Shown here: piece after piece, positions 1 to 10,030 of the stretch
Position numbering within the stretch: position 1 is the stretch's first letter
Layout: each line of letters opens with the position of its first letter
Source: Promethearchaeota archaeon
GTDB lineage: Archaea; Asgardarchaeota; Lokiarchaeia; Sigyniarchaeales; SOKP01
Direction: 5' to 3'
Length of the DNA stretch: 64,000 nt
Assembly: GCA_019058245.1 (NCBI GenBank)
Contig: JAHPZJ010000014.1
Location: 1-64,000, forward strand
Made by a program: the position numbers and the translations under genes
Notes under the pieces: model-generated
What the model was told of the DNA's origin: nothing
The model's database searches: none
What the model saw: the letters and a program-made list of their open reading frames with translations, nothing else

Positions 1-339
1 CCTCTTGAATCTAGAATTGAAAATCTTAAAATTCTTAAAGATTCAGGAAGATTAGAAGAGTCAATATCATATTTATATAATGCAATTTATATGGATTTAA
101 TCAATGCAAAATATAATCGAAAAAGAAGTGTTAATGAAACTATTAGAGATTTTGCAATCATATCCGTAAAAGAATTGAAATTAACCCCTTCATCAATTTA
201 CCCCTTTATTCAAAAAGTTGAAGAAATAATATATGCAAAACCTTTTAAAATACTGGAACAAGATTTCTATAATACATGTGAATTATTTTCACCAATCTAT
301 TTTCAATTAACAGGATATAATTTTGTCTTAAATTTCTAA
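1..339 (+). CDS. C-terminal part of a DUF4129-like helical-domain protein (5' end lies outside the window)
   Basis: Frame 1 is open from base 1 (PLESRIENLKILKDSGRLEESISYLY...). It is clearly paralogous to 459..839 (ETIRDFAI/QTIREYAI, IYPFIQKVEEIIY/VYPFIKKIEDIIY). Confidence 0.6.
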   Translation, partial: PLESRIENLKILKDSGRLEESISYLYNAIYMDLINAKYNRKRSVNETIRDFAIISVKELKLTPSSIYPFIQKVEEIIYAKPFKILEQDFYNTCELFSPIYFQLTGYNFVLNF

Positions 340-458
340 ATTCAAATCTTATATAAAAATCAAAACTATTTAAAATTAAAATAAGTACAAAAAAATAAAT
401 GTTCAAAAAAAATTAATTAATAAATTAGTACAAAAAATTAAGACATAGGTAAGATAAA

Positions 459-839
459 ATGGCTAAAAATAAAAAAAAGAAACAAGCAGAACCAGAATTA
501 AATATTGGACAAAGGTTTGAAAATGTTAAAATTCTAGTGGATACCAATCGACCTAAAGAAGCTATTGCTTATATTTATCTTGTATATGATGATATTATCA
601 ATATTAAATTTAAAAAACCAAGATTAGCCCATCAAACCATTCGTGAATATGCAATCGCTTGTGTGAATGAACTAGAAAAAAGATTAAAACCAGAATCTGT
701 CTATCCATTCATAAAAAAAATAGAAGATATCATCTATGGTGGAATAGAACCAACGAATAAAGAATTAAATTTTACTATAGATCTATTTTCCAATATATAC
801 AATGAAATTACTGGAAAATCTTTTGTATTCAAATTGTAG
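459..839 (+). CDS. small DUF4129-like protein, paralog of the upstream C-terminal domain
   Basis: EAIAYIY...TIREYA...IEDIIYGG pattern; sits in a MoxR cluster, where DUF4129 is typical. Confidence 0.55.
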   Translation: MAKNKKKKQAEPELNIGQRFENVKILVDTNRPKEAIAYIYLVYDDIINIKFKKPRLAHQTIREYAIACVNELEKRLKPESVYPFIKKIEDIIYGGIEPTNKELNFTIDLFSNIYNEITGKSFVFKL

Positions 840-894
840 ATTTAACCATTTCATATATTTTTTAATATTAATAAATATTCAACAGTAAATTACA

Positions 895-2649
895 ATGGTA
901 AAACCTGGAAAAGCAACTCAAAAAAGTCTCAATATTTCAAAAGGTATAGTTTTAATATTTTTAACAATCTATCTCATAATTTTTGGAATAATAATTACTC
1001 ATTTTATTGATGAATTTCAGCAAATTAAACCAGAAGATTTACCTATATTTGTTACTTATATCCCCCTTTTAAGTTATTTGGGCTCTATTTTCAGTGGTTT
1101 AACATTTTTAGTATTTTTGAGAAATGCAACCTCTCAAAAAATGCGACAATCCCAATCCCGTAAAAAAGTTAAGGGAGGCTCTATATATAAACAAGCATTA
1201 TTTCTAATCATTGGTATCCTTGTATTTATTCCATTATTTTCCTTCGCAATTGATCATGGAACAAATAATCAGAATTTCTCAATATACAACACTGAAGGTT
1301 ATAATGGGGCTTCAAAATTCAAAGAAGCAATAGAAGATGCGGGTTATAAAGTAATGGCAGTACAATCTAGCCTGAGTGCTACTGAAAGACTTAATAAATC
1401 CATTTTATTAATTCTATTAGGCCCAAATCAATTTTATGACCCTATTTTTGAAGTACCATATTTTATCGATTTTTTTAATAGTTCAAATTCGCTTTTAATA
1501 TGCCATGATCATGGTTCTACAAGTACTTTATTATGGGAGATCCTTGTAGCAGGTGCATTTTCAGGGATTCAATTCCCTCTAACCATTTTTCCCGATGGGA
1601 TCCTACGAGATAACCTTTCATATCCAAATGATGCAACTCCAGAATTTCCTATTATCAGAGATTTTGCTGCTCATCCAACAACTACGGGTGTGGATGAAGT
1701 TATTCTTTCAAGAGCATCATGTGCGGTGGGTGGACCTTTTATAGAGGCTTTTGGATGGACATTAATAGGATCAACCACAGAATATGGCTTTATTGATAAA
1801 GATGGCAATAAAAGATATAATTCTCCTGAAGATGATCTTAATTTAGGTTTTATGAGTATCATGGCAGATAGCTTACCAATTCCATTTCCGACAAGTTTAC
1901 CTCTTGGAGGATACCCTCAAAGTGTATTTTTAGCACACGATAGTGGTAAACAGCGAACTTTTGCATGCGCAGATGCGAGCCTGTTTAACAATGAATTAAT
2001 TAAACCAGATTTAGGGTATGATAATTTACGATTTGGGATAAATATTATTGAGTGGTTGACATATGCCAATGAGGGAAGCCCTAAAGGGGATTGGATTGTA
2101 GTATTTGATGAGGCTCATATAAGACCAGAAAAATCAAGAGATCTTACGTCTGCGGGAATATTTGGTTATGTCATGCAGTATATTGTCCATTTATCTACAA
2201 ATCCTATCACAGCATGGATTTATCCTCTTCTAGCATTTTATACATTAAGAAAATATCTCCCGAAAAAAGATAAAAAGAAGGAAGAAGAAAAAATGGCTGA
2301 AGAAGAAGAAAAGAAAGAAGAAATGGCTAGATTTCGAACATCCTCATTCTTTGCTCAAAAGATTGAAGAATATAAAGATAAAATGAAATATAGAGATGCT
2401 CTAAAACTCCTGTATAGGCGATTAGAAAGAAAATTAAATACTCAATTGGGAGGTAGAAAAATTACTACTGAAAATGTAATTAATTTAGTCATTGCAAAAG
2501 ATCCTTCTACAACAAGATTAAAAATTCGAAGGTTAACTAGATTTATGGATAAGATTTTATTAATTAAAGAAGGTAAGTATAAAGTAAAAACTGAACAAGA
2601 TTTCGAGGAAATATTCTTCGAGATGGGTTGGACAGTTAATAATATTTAA
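895..2649 (+). CDS. membrane protein with DUF4350 / GldG-IFT52-like (GIFT) extracytoplasmic domain
   Basis: 3 N-terminal TM helices; NFSIYNTEGYNGASKFKEAIE, DASLFNNELI and VVFDEAH motifs; a further TM followed by a charged cytoplasmic tail; upstream of moxR. Confidence 0.65.
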   Translation: MVKPGKATQKSLNISKGIVLIFLTIYLIIFGIIITHFIDEFQQIKPEDLPIFVTYIPLLSYLGSIFSGLTFLVFLRNATSQKMRQSQSRKKVKGGSIYKQALFLIIGILVFIPLFSFAIDHGTNNQNFSIYNTEGYNGASKFKEAIEDAGYKVMAVQSSLSATERLNKSILLILLGPNQFYDPIFEVPYFIDFFNSSNSLLICHDHGSTSTLLWEILVAGAFSGIQFPLTIFPDGILRDNLSYPNDATPEFPIIRDFAAHPTTTGVDEVILSRASCAVGGPFIEAFGWTLIGSTTEYGFIDKDGNKRYNSPEDDLNLGFMSIMADSLPIPFPTSLPLGGYPQSVFLAHDSGKQRTFACADASLFNNELIKPDLGYDNLRFGINIIEWLTYANEGSPKGDWIVVFDEAHIRPEKSRDLTSAGIFGYVMQYIVHLSTNPITAWIYPLLAFYTLRKYLPKKDKKKEEEKMAEEEEKKEEMARFRTSSFFAQKIEEYKDKMKYRDALKLLYRRLERKLNTQLGGRKITTENVINLVIAKDPSTTRLKIRRLTRFMDKILLIKEGKYKVKTEQDFEEIFFEMGWTVNNI

Positions 2650-2717
2650 TCAAATTTATAATACTATATATATAATAAAAAATAATAAAAATAAAAAAAC
2701 AAAGAGGTTAAAAATAT

Positions 2718-3698
2718 ATGGAAACTCCTGACAAGGCAAAATATTACGACCATGAAGAGATAGACGTAACCCCTATAAGAGAAATAGCTCAAGAAGTATT
2801 AAGTGAAGTAAGTCGAGTAATAGTAGGATATGGGGAAATTCTGCAACAACTTTTCATAGCTCTGCTTGTGAACGGACATGTTCTTTTAGAAGGTGTCCCG
2901 GGACTTGGAAAGACCGTAATGGCTAAAACATTTTCTCATACTCTTGGAATATCGTTTCGGAGAGTGCAATTTACCCCTGATCTACTTCCTGCTGATATAA
3001 CAGGCACAAAAATATTTGATCAAAATGAAGGCGCCTTTGTGCTTCAAAAAGGACCTCTCTTTGCAAACACGGTTCTTGCTGATGAAATTAATCGAAGTGC
3101 CCCAAAGACACAAGCAGCATTACTAGAAGCTATGGCTGAACGTCAAATAACAATCGAAGGTCAAACATTACCCTTAGATAAACCTTTTATTGTAATTGCA
3201 ACTGAAAATCCTGTAGAAATGGAAGGTACATACCCATTACCAGAAGCTCAGGTTGATAGATTTCTTTTTAAATTATGGTTAGATTATCCAGAACAAGATG
3301 AAGAAGTTGAGATATTAAGAAGACAGATTTCAGGTGATTCACCTTCAGTCGAGGCTATAACAAATGGGGAAGAAATTCTTGCGGCTCAAAAGCTTATGAA
3401 TTTAGTATATATTGATGATAGAATTCTCAAATACATCAGAGATCTTATTATAAAAACACGAAATCATCCACAAATTGCTTTAGGGTGTGGACCAAGAGCA
3501 AGTTTAACTCTCATGAAATGTTCTAAAGCCCGTGCGGCAATCCTAGGACGTTCATACGTAACTCCCGATGACGTACGAGCTTTAGTTGGTCCCGCGTTAA
3601 ATCATAGAATTCTCTTAAAGCCAGAAGCAGAATTAGAAGGGCTTGATACAAAGAGTGTTCTTAAATCAATTACAGAGGAAATCCCAATCCCTATCTAA
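2718..3698 (+). CDS. moxR: MoxR-family AAA+ ATPase
   Basis: GHVLLEGVPGLGKT, RVQFTPDLLPADITG, LADEINR, NPVEMEGTYPLPEAQVDRF. Confidence 0.95.
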   Translation: METPDKAKYYDHEEIDVTPIREIAQEVLSEVSRVIVGYGEILQQLFIALLVNGHVLLEGVPGLGKTVMAKTFSHTLGISFRRVQFTPDLLPADITGTKIFDQNEGAFVLQKGPLFANTVLADEINRSAPKTQAALLEAMAERQITIEGQTLPLDKPFIVIATENPVEMEGTYPLPEAQVDRFLFKLWLDYPEQDEEVEILRRQISGDSPSVEAITNGEEILAAQKLMNLVYIDDRILKYIRDLIIKTRNHPQIALGCGPRASLTLMKCSKARAAILGRSYVTPDDVRALVGPALNHRILLKPEAELEGLDTKSVLKSITEEIPIPI

Positions 3699-3786
3699 AC
3701 AAGTTTTTTATCGAATATAGTTGTAATATTTTAGAAAAAGTAGAAAAAGTAAAAGGAAAAAAAAAAGGAAAAAATGGTGTAGTTCA

Positions 3787-5115
3787 ATTCTAGGTGGTAA
3801 AGGTAGAACTTTAATCTTATTTGCTGTGTTTTTTCTTACAGCTGGATTTGCATTTGTAAATTATTTTCTGATTTATTTTGCAGTTTTACTTTTATTTAGT
3901 ACAATTATTAGTCTCCCTATTTTCTATTATAAAATGAATATAGAGGAATTAAAAGTACATAGAGAACTTGAGAAGGAAAAAGTATTTAAGGATGATTTTG
4001 TTCATGTAAAAGTAGTAGTTGAAAATATTGGACGAAATAGCTTTGATTTCATCGAAATAAGAGACAACTATAATCCTCAATTATTTAGATTAATATTAGG
4101 TGAGAATTTTATTTCTACTAGAATTGGACCTAAAGCTACTATAAAATTTTCGTATGTTCTTGAACCAAAGGTTAGAGGTGAATATGCTCTTGGACCTTTA
4201 TCAACAATAGTAAAAGATCGATTAGGTTTTAATTCAGTTGAAAGAATTGTACCAGATAGTGTTACAGATATACTTGTATATCCTCCTTATGAAGACATCA
4301 AGAGAATTGAAATTCTAGGGTCAAAACGCTCTTTACAATTAAATTATGGAATACAGAGATCGAAACAAAAAGGACTTGGCTCAGAATTTTATGGGATGCG
4401 AAAATATGTTTTCGGAGATCAATTTAGATTGATAGATTGGAAAGCTAGTGCACGATCTCAAACTCTAATCGTTAAAGAATTTGAAACTGAAAGAGATGTA
4501 ACTGTAATGATTATAGTTGATTCTTCAGATACAATGGCCGGTGGTGCTATTGAAAATACAAAATTTGAATATGCAATAAGAGCTTGTATGTTATTAACAA
4601 AAGTCGCTTTGACCAGAAGAGATAATGTTGGAGTATTTACTTTTTCAGATAAAAAAAATCTAAATTTTTTAAAACCAGATAGTGGGGAAGATCACTTTTA
4701 TCAAGTTTTAGATTTTGTTGCAAGGGTTAAACCGCAAGGAAAATGTAAAATGATTGAAGCAATGGACCATTTTATAAAACGATTCCAAAAGCGTAGTCTT
4801 GTCTTTATTATTTCTGATTTAGAGGCAAACCCTAAAGATATTACACAAGCTATTAAAAAATTAGTTCCTTTTAATCATACAATAATTATCATTAATCCAT
4901 TCAGTCCATGGTTTGAAATTCATGAAATTGATCTCTCATCAACAGATAAAGCTTTGGCAGAAGCCATTAGTGAGGAAATGTTAGAACATATTTTAACTGT
5001 TAAACAAGATCTCCGTAATCTGGGAATAAGTTTAATAACATGTGGACCTGACGATATGATGAATCAAGTATTAAGCAATTATATGGAAGCAAAAAAGAAA
5101 GGGAGGGCATACTAA
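3787..5115 (+). CDS. DUF58 / VWA-domain protein with N-terminal TM hairpin (start uncertain: ATT 3787 or GTG 3826)
   Basis: GSEFYGMRKYVFGDQFRLIDWKASAR, MIDAS-like VDSSDTM, FIISDL; follows moxR. Confidence 0.85.
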   Translation: MLGGKGRTLILFAVFFLTAGFAFVNYFLIYFAVLLLFSTIISLPIFYYKMNIEELKVHRELEKEKVFKDDFVHVKVVVENIGRNSFDFIEIRDNYNPQLFRLILGENFISTRIGPKATIKFSYVLEPKVRGEYALGPLSTIVKDRLGFNSVERIVPDSVTDILVYPPYEDIKRIEILGSKRSLQLNYGIQRSKQKGLGSEFYGMRKYVFGDQFRLIDWKASARSQTLIVKEFETERDVTVMIIVDSSDTMAGGAIENTKFEYAIRACMLLTKVALTRRDNVGVFTFSDKKNLNFLKPDSGEDHFYQVLDFVARVKPQGKCKMIEAMDHFIKRFQKRSLVFIISDLEANPKDITQAIKKLVPFNHTIIIINPFSPWFEIHEIDLSSTDKALAEAISEEMLEHILTVKQDLRNLGISLITCGPDDMMNQVLSNYMEAKKKGRAY

Positions 5116-5118
5116 ACT

Positions 5119-6588
5119 ATGGCTCGATCATATTTATTAGTTTTAAAAATCATCAATATTATATTATATTCTTCAATAATAATTATTTTTTTAACATCAA
5201 TTTTTGATTTTGACATAATAATTGTTACAGCTGATGAAGAACTCGTAATATTAGCTTTTTTTAAAGCTTTAAAAAATGTATTTTCTTATTTAATTTACGG
5301 CGTAAGTTTACTTATTGCTTGGGGGTGTGCAAGTTTGATCTATAGTTTTGGTCAAAATGCTTACATGCTTGAATTTGTAAAAAGTTTTTTCGAGAGATAT
5401 CTAAGTAATTGGTTTTCAATCCCTCAACCAGAATTACAAAACATTCCTAATTTAATATTGGACGAACTAGGTGTGCTTTTTAATGATTTTTATTTGTTTA
5501 TTTTTCAAGTTTTATTTATTGTCTCTATAATTTATGCAATCAGAGCTTTTTATAAAAATGATCCAAAACATTCTCTTATTGCTATTGGGGCATTAATTCT
5601 TATGATAATTTTTCCACTTATGGTGATCGGATTAAATGATATGATGAATTTATTTTTAGGGAATGTGCCCGCACAAAATAGACCAGAGTATATGCAATAT
5701 ATTTATCAAATGGCTTCTACGAACCCCCTTAATGATAGTCTAAATCAAATACCTATGGATAATTTTTTCGCATTTATAACAAGTCCTTTTATTTTATTTG
5801 CAATTTGCACTTATATTTATTTAGAATTAGCTTTTCAAATTAATTATACTGATACAGTAACGAAACCTTCTATAGAAAGAAGTGATAGATTAGAAGCTCA
5901 ATTGAATATTCTTGCAAGGGAATCCCATTATGTTAATGCTAATATTGATAAAATAAAAGAAGAAGCCAAAGAGAGACTGAAAGAAATCGAAGCAGAACAG
6001 AAAGAGGGATTAGCTCTTGGTAAATTCTTTGCAAAAACAGGTAAGCGATTTTCCTATGTAAAAGAAATGATAGAAAAGAAAAAGTTAGAGGAAGAAGAAA
6101 AAAAACTAGTAACTGCGGCATCTAAGACAAGAAGACTGGGTCGATATATAGAACGTCTTTTCCGAGAAGATATTGAAGCCCAGGACACATTAACTGCTAG
6201 AACATCAGCCCCTCGAGCTCGAAACTTAGCAATTTCTACGATAATAAATTTTACATACCGTGTAGGGTTACTTTTAATCATAAGTTATATTATTATACAT
6301 CCACATTGGTTTCTCTATAGTGTATTACAATTACCTGATGCAATTACCGAAAGTGTAGCTATGTATTCTCCGGAAGTAATTATAATTATATTAGCTCCAA
6401 TCATGGTAATCTTTCCAGTGATATCTAAATTAATCTCATTTATCAAACATAGAAATTTAATACTCAGATTACAACAAGAAGGACGTATAAAAGAACTTCT
6501 TGCTTCTGTTGGGGATTACGTTAGAAAAGAAGAAATTGAAGTACCTACAGAAGAAAAAGCAGAAGAAATAGCGACAGAATCTACTTAA
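5119..6588 (+). CDS. multi-pass membrane protein with a long cytoplasmic charged/coiled-coil loop, unknown function
   Basis: About 7 hydrophobic segments and an E/K-rich loop; starts 3 nt after the DUF58 stop. Confidence 0.7.
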   Translation: MARSYLLVLKIINIILYSSIIIIFLTSIFDFDIIIVTADEELVILAFFKALKNVFSYLIYGVSLLIAWGCASLIYSFGQNAYMLEFVKSFFERYLSNWFSIPQPELQNIPNLILDELGVLFNDFYLFIFQVLFIVSIIYAIRAFYKNDPKHSLIAIGALILMIIFPLMVIGLNDMMNLFLGNVPAQNRPEYMQYIYQMASTNPLNDSLNQIPMDNFFAFITSPFILFAICTYIYLELAFQINYTDTVTKPSIERSDRLEAQLNILARESHYVNANIDKIKEEAKERLKEIEAEQKEGLALGKFFAKTGKRFSYVKEMIEKKKLEEEEKKLVTAASKTRRLGRYIERLFREDIEAQDTLTARTSAPRARNLAISTIINFTYRVGLLLIISYIIIHPHWFLYSVLQLPDAITESVAMYSPEVIIIILAPIMVIFPVISKLISFIKHRNLILRLQQEGRIKELLASVGDYVRKEEIEVPTEEKAEEIATEST

Positions 6589-6608
6589 TTTTTATTTCTC
6601 TTTTTTAA

Positions 6609-7538
6609 TTATAATTCCATAATAAATTTAGCTAATTCTATTTTTTTTCTTAAGTTTACCATTAACGTGTCAAAGCAATAGGTTTTTATTCCTAATTCTT
6701 CAATTTTTGGTTTTAAAATACAATCTTTATTATCAATTATAAAATGTCCTAAAAAGTCTTGATAAAATTTTGCTACTCCTATACATGAAACTTCTAAACC
6801 AATACATTTCATTAATTTATCTGCCGGTCCCTTAATTGTAGCTCCTTCTATAATTGGACTTACAGAATACGTTTTATCTTTAACTTTAGAAAGCGCTTTT
6901 TTAATCCCATTCACCTGAAGAATAGTTCCTATTGATACAATCGGATTTGATGGGCAAATAATGATCTTTTTAGCATTTTCTATATATTTTAATACATTTT
7001 CAACGGGTATTGAATTTTCAATGCCCTCAAAATGAATTTTTAAAACTTCCGGTTTACATTGATGTTTGATAAAATATTCTTCAAAATGCATTGTTCCTGA
7101 AGGAGTTGTAATAAATGTCTGAACATCTTCATTACACATTGGAATGAGATGAGATTTTACTCCTAAGTTTTGACATATCCTAGTGGTAATCTCATCTTTG
7201 CTAAACCCTTGTTTAAATAGATCAGTTCGATAAATATGTGTAGCTAAATCACAATCACCAGCATTAAACCATCCTGTATTATAATATCTCTTTAAAATAC
7301 TTAAACAATTAAAAGTTTCATTTTTAAATCCCCACCCCTTTTCCTTATCCACCAAGTTTGCTAATGTGTAAGTTATTATATCCAAGTCAGGACAGATTTT
7401 TAGTCCAAACAACTCAATATCATCACCTGTATTAATGATAATCTTTAATAATTCTGGGTCGACTACATTTGCTAAACCTTCAATTAGTTTTGCTGCTCCT
7501 ACACCTCCAGCTAAAATAACATAAAAATTCTTATTCAT
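6609..7538 (-). CDS. cofD: 2-phospho-L-lactate/PEP transferase (F420 biosynthesis)
   Basis: LAGGVGAAKL, NTGDD, ICPDLD, D.DLATHIYRT, HFEEYF, PSNPIVSIGTIL, GPADKLM. Confidence 0.95.
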   Translation of the reverse strand: MNKNFYVILAGGVGAAKLIEGLANVVDPELLKIIINTGDDIELFGLKICPDLDIITYTLANLVDKEKGWGFKNETFNCLSILKRYYNTGWFNAGDCDLATHIYRTDLFKQGFSKDEITTRICQNLGVKSHLIPMCNEDVQTFITTPSGTMHFEEYFIKHQCKPEVLKIHFEGIENSIPVENVLKYIENAKKIIICPSNPIVSIGTILQVNGIKKALSKVKDKTYSVSPIIEGATIKGPADKLMKCIGLEVSCIGVAKFYQDFLGHFIIDNKDCILKPKIEELGIKTYCFDTLMVNLRKKIELAKFIMEL

Positions 7539-7550
7539 AATTTTAAAGAT

Positions 7551-8963
7551 CTAAATATTAAGTTCATATATTATTTCTTTCAATTTTTTACGCTTTGGGG
7601 CTTTTACTGATTTAATTGGATATCCAACTGTAAAAAATGCTACAGGAATATAATTTTCTGGAAGTTTCAAATGTGTCTTTATTATATTCTCAGCAAAAAG
7701 TGGAGCACAATACCAACAGGCTGCAAGTTTCTCCATCTCGAGAGAAAGGAGTAAATATATTGCTGAGCTACTTATACTTTGTATTCCTAATAAAAATTCA
7801 TTTTTTCTTCTTTTAGAATCTGGATATTTTTCTAAATCTGAAGTATCCATACATAATAAAATTAAGAAGGGTGAATTTAAGAAATTATTTTTTGTTTTTT
7901 CTACTTTTAATTTAATGAACTCTTCTGATTTTCCATCTTTTTGTAGGTCAAATTTTAATTTTTCATTCATTTTACTTATTAAACTTTCACGAATCTTATC
8001 TCTTTCTAATATGATATATCTCCAAAATTGTCCATTATGAGCGCTTGGAGCCCATCTGGCAATTTCAATACATTCTTCAATAGACTTTTTATCCACATTT
8101 TGAGTTGAAAAAGGTAATTTATAGCTCCTACGCTTTTTTAAAAATCTTTTTATAACATCTTCTTCATTTTCTCTAAATAAATCAATTTCCTTATCTCTTA
8201 AAATAGAATTTATTGAAGTTTTCTTACTAAATTCAAAATTATAGCCTCTTATCAATACGATAGGAATACCCTCATTAGATTCTCCCATAACCAATTGTGC
8301 TGCAGCAGCTAAACTATCAACTTGTCCAATTAATGTTGTTTGGAGTTCCCTTCCAAATAAATCTCTTTTACCTCTCATATCCAAAATCGGATCTATACCT
8401 GAAACTCCAATAGCAGTTCCAATAGCTCCTAACCTAAAAGCCCTCCCAAACGAATCAGATATTATTACGGCGATTTCCTTATCAGTTTTTTTTTTTAATG
8501 CTATTCTTATCTTCTCAGCTTCTTTATCAGGGTTTTCTGGTAAAAGGGTTATGACACCTTCACCATTAACATTAGATTTATCTATTCCCGCATCAGCACA
8601 AATAAAACCATGTCTAGTTTCTGTTATTAGCACGTGCTGACTTTTTACAATTTGTCTAGATTCATCTAATATTGCTTGTACTAATTCTGGAGTTTTTTCT
8701 GGTAATCCATGAGTTTTTACTTTTGGAGTTATAGAGTCACATAAATTCAAAGCTTCATTACTTGGTATTATTTCATTCAAATTCCTGGTTCTACCAATGC
8801 TTTTTGAGATAATTGTCTGAGCAATCACGATTATATCTCCTTTTTCTAGTGCTAAACCATTATTTTCTAATGCCTTTATTATAATTGCAGGAACATTATC
8901 ACCCTTTTCAATTATTGGGATGCCCATCAATCCAATAATTTTAATTTCACTTTTTAAACTCAT
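7551..8963 (-). CDS. cofE: F420-0:gamma-glutamyl ligase fused to a C-terminal nitroreductase domain (FbiB-like)
   Basis: N-terminal GFICADAGIDKSN, ISDSFGRAFRLG, DLFGREL, GESNEGIPIVLIRG; C-terminal KRRSYK, ARWAPSAHNGQFWRY, ACWYCAPLF, VGYP. Confidence 0.92.
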   Translation of the reverse strand: MSLKSEIKIIGLMGIPIIEKGDNVPAIIIKALENNGLALEKGDIIVIAQTIISKSIGRTRNLNEIIPSNEALNLCDSITPKVKTHGLPEKTPELVQAILDESRQIVKSQHVLITETRHGFICADAGIDKSNVNGEGVITLLPENPDKEAEKIRIALKKKTDKEIAVIISDSFGRAFRLGAIGTAIGVSGIDPILDMRGKRDLFGRELQTTLIGQVDSLAAAAQLVMGESNEGIPIVLIRGYNFEFSKKTSINSILRDKEIDLFRENEEDVIKRFLKKRRSYKLPFSTQNVDKKSIEECIEIARWAPSAHNGQFWRYIILERDKIRESLISKMNEKLKFDLQKDGKSEEFIKLKVEKTKNNFLNSPFLILLCMDTSDLEKYPDSKRRKNEFLLGIQSISSSAIYLLLSLEMEKLAACWYCAPLFAENIIKTHLKLPENYIPVAFFTVGYPIKSVKAPKRKKLKEIIYELNI

Positions 8964-8974
8964 GATTGATCAAT

Positions 8975-10030
8975 TTAAATCTTTATATATCTTTTTATAT
9001 CTAATTTGTTACTTTCAGCAATCTTTTCTAACTTTTCCGGTATTGCACAACAAGCTGAAAAATACTTATATTGGATCTTTGAATTAAATTCTTTCAACCA
9101 TATTAAAGTCTCCCTAGATGGAATTTCAATTCGAGTGATACCTGCTTTAATAGCAAGTTTCTCAATGTCAGTCTTAATTTTTCCACGAGGTCTCATACAC
9201 CCTAACGATATTTCTGTCATAGGAAATACAATTCTTAAAAAACTTATCACTTTCGCAATATCTTCTGGTATAGGTAACTCAAATTTAATTTTGGAATCTT
9301 TGGGAGGAATTAAAACTATAATAACAATTAAGGAGGGATTAATATTCGTTTCTTTAATAAATCTAATAGAATCTAACTCTTTATGCAGTTTACCATAATG
9401 TAAACCAATACATATATGAGGGACTATATTCAATTTGTATTTTTTTAATAAATTTATTGCTCTTTTATATTCATTTAATTCAATATCTAAATGGTATATA
9501 TTCCTAACAACTTCTTTATCCATATTTATGTCAAAAGACACAATATCAACCTTAGCATCAGCAAGTTTCTTCGCTGTCGCTTCATTTAGTAAACCTGTAT
9601 GTGTATTTATAATCAATCTTGTTTCTTTCTTCACTTTTTTGATAGTATCTAAAAATTTTAATAATGGAACTGAACCATTTTCCATACTACCTCCTGATAT
9701 TAATGCCCCTACTCCACCTTTTTTATAAAGATCTAATAAAAATCTTTCTAGCTCTTTAGCTCTTACTATAGGTTTCATCCCTTTCAAATATTTCTTATTA
9801 CAATGTTCACATTCCAATTTACATTCATTTCCCGTAATACTAATAGCAGGAAATCTCTTTGTGGGAATGTAAATTTTAAGAACATTATTAAAGTTTTCAC
9901 GTGTAATTTCTTGAGTTATATCAAACAATTCATCTAACTGTTCTGACTCTAAGTTAAGAATAGTTGAAAAAACCTCCCATTCTTTTGATTGAGAAAGTAT
10001 CTTTTTCTTCAATAATTTAGCTTTAGTCAT
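8975..10030 (-). CDS. lipS1: radical SAM lipoyl synthase subunit, LipS1-type
   Basis: CKLECEHC (CX3CX2C), LGCMRP and C-terminal SACC motifs typical of Thermococcus-type LipS1; adjacent to a lipoate ligase. Confidence 0.8.
   Translation of the reverse strand: MTKAKLLKKKILSQSKEWEVFSTILNLESEQLDELFDITQEITRENFNNVLKIYIPTKRFPAISITGNECKLECEHCNKKYLKGMKPIVRAKELERFLLDLYKKGGVGALISGGSMENGSVPLLKFLDTIKKVKKETRLIINTHTGLLNEATAKKLADAKVDIVSFDINMDKEVVRNIYHLDIELNEYKRAINLLKKYKLNIVPHICIGLHYGKLHKELDSIRFIKETNINPSLIVIIVLIPPKDSKIKFELPIPEDIAKVISFLRIVFPMTEISLGCMRPRGKIKTDIEKLAIKAGITRIEIPSRETLIWLKEFNSKIQYKYFSACCAIPEKLEKIAESNKLDIKRYIKI

Noticed and set aside
3731-3773. Purine/poly-A runs in intergenic regions and Lys-codon runs (e.g. 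39522-39541) as repeats or slippage sites
   Set aside because: Expected in very AT-rich DNA; the flanking frames are intact apart from the DUF58 start question reported separately.
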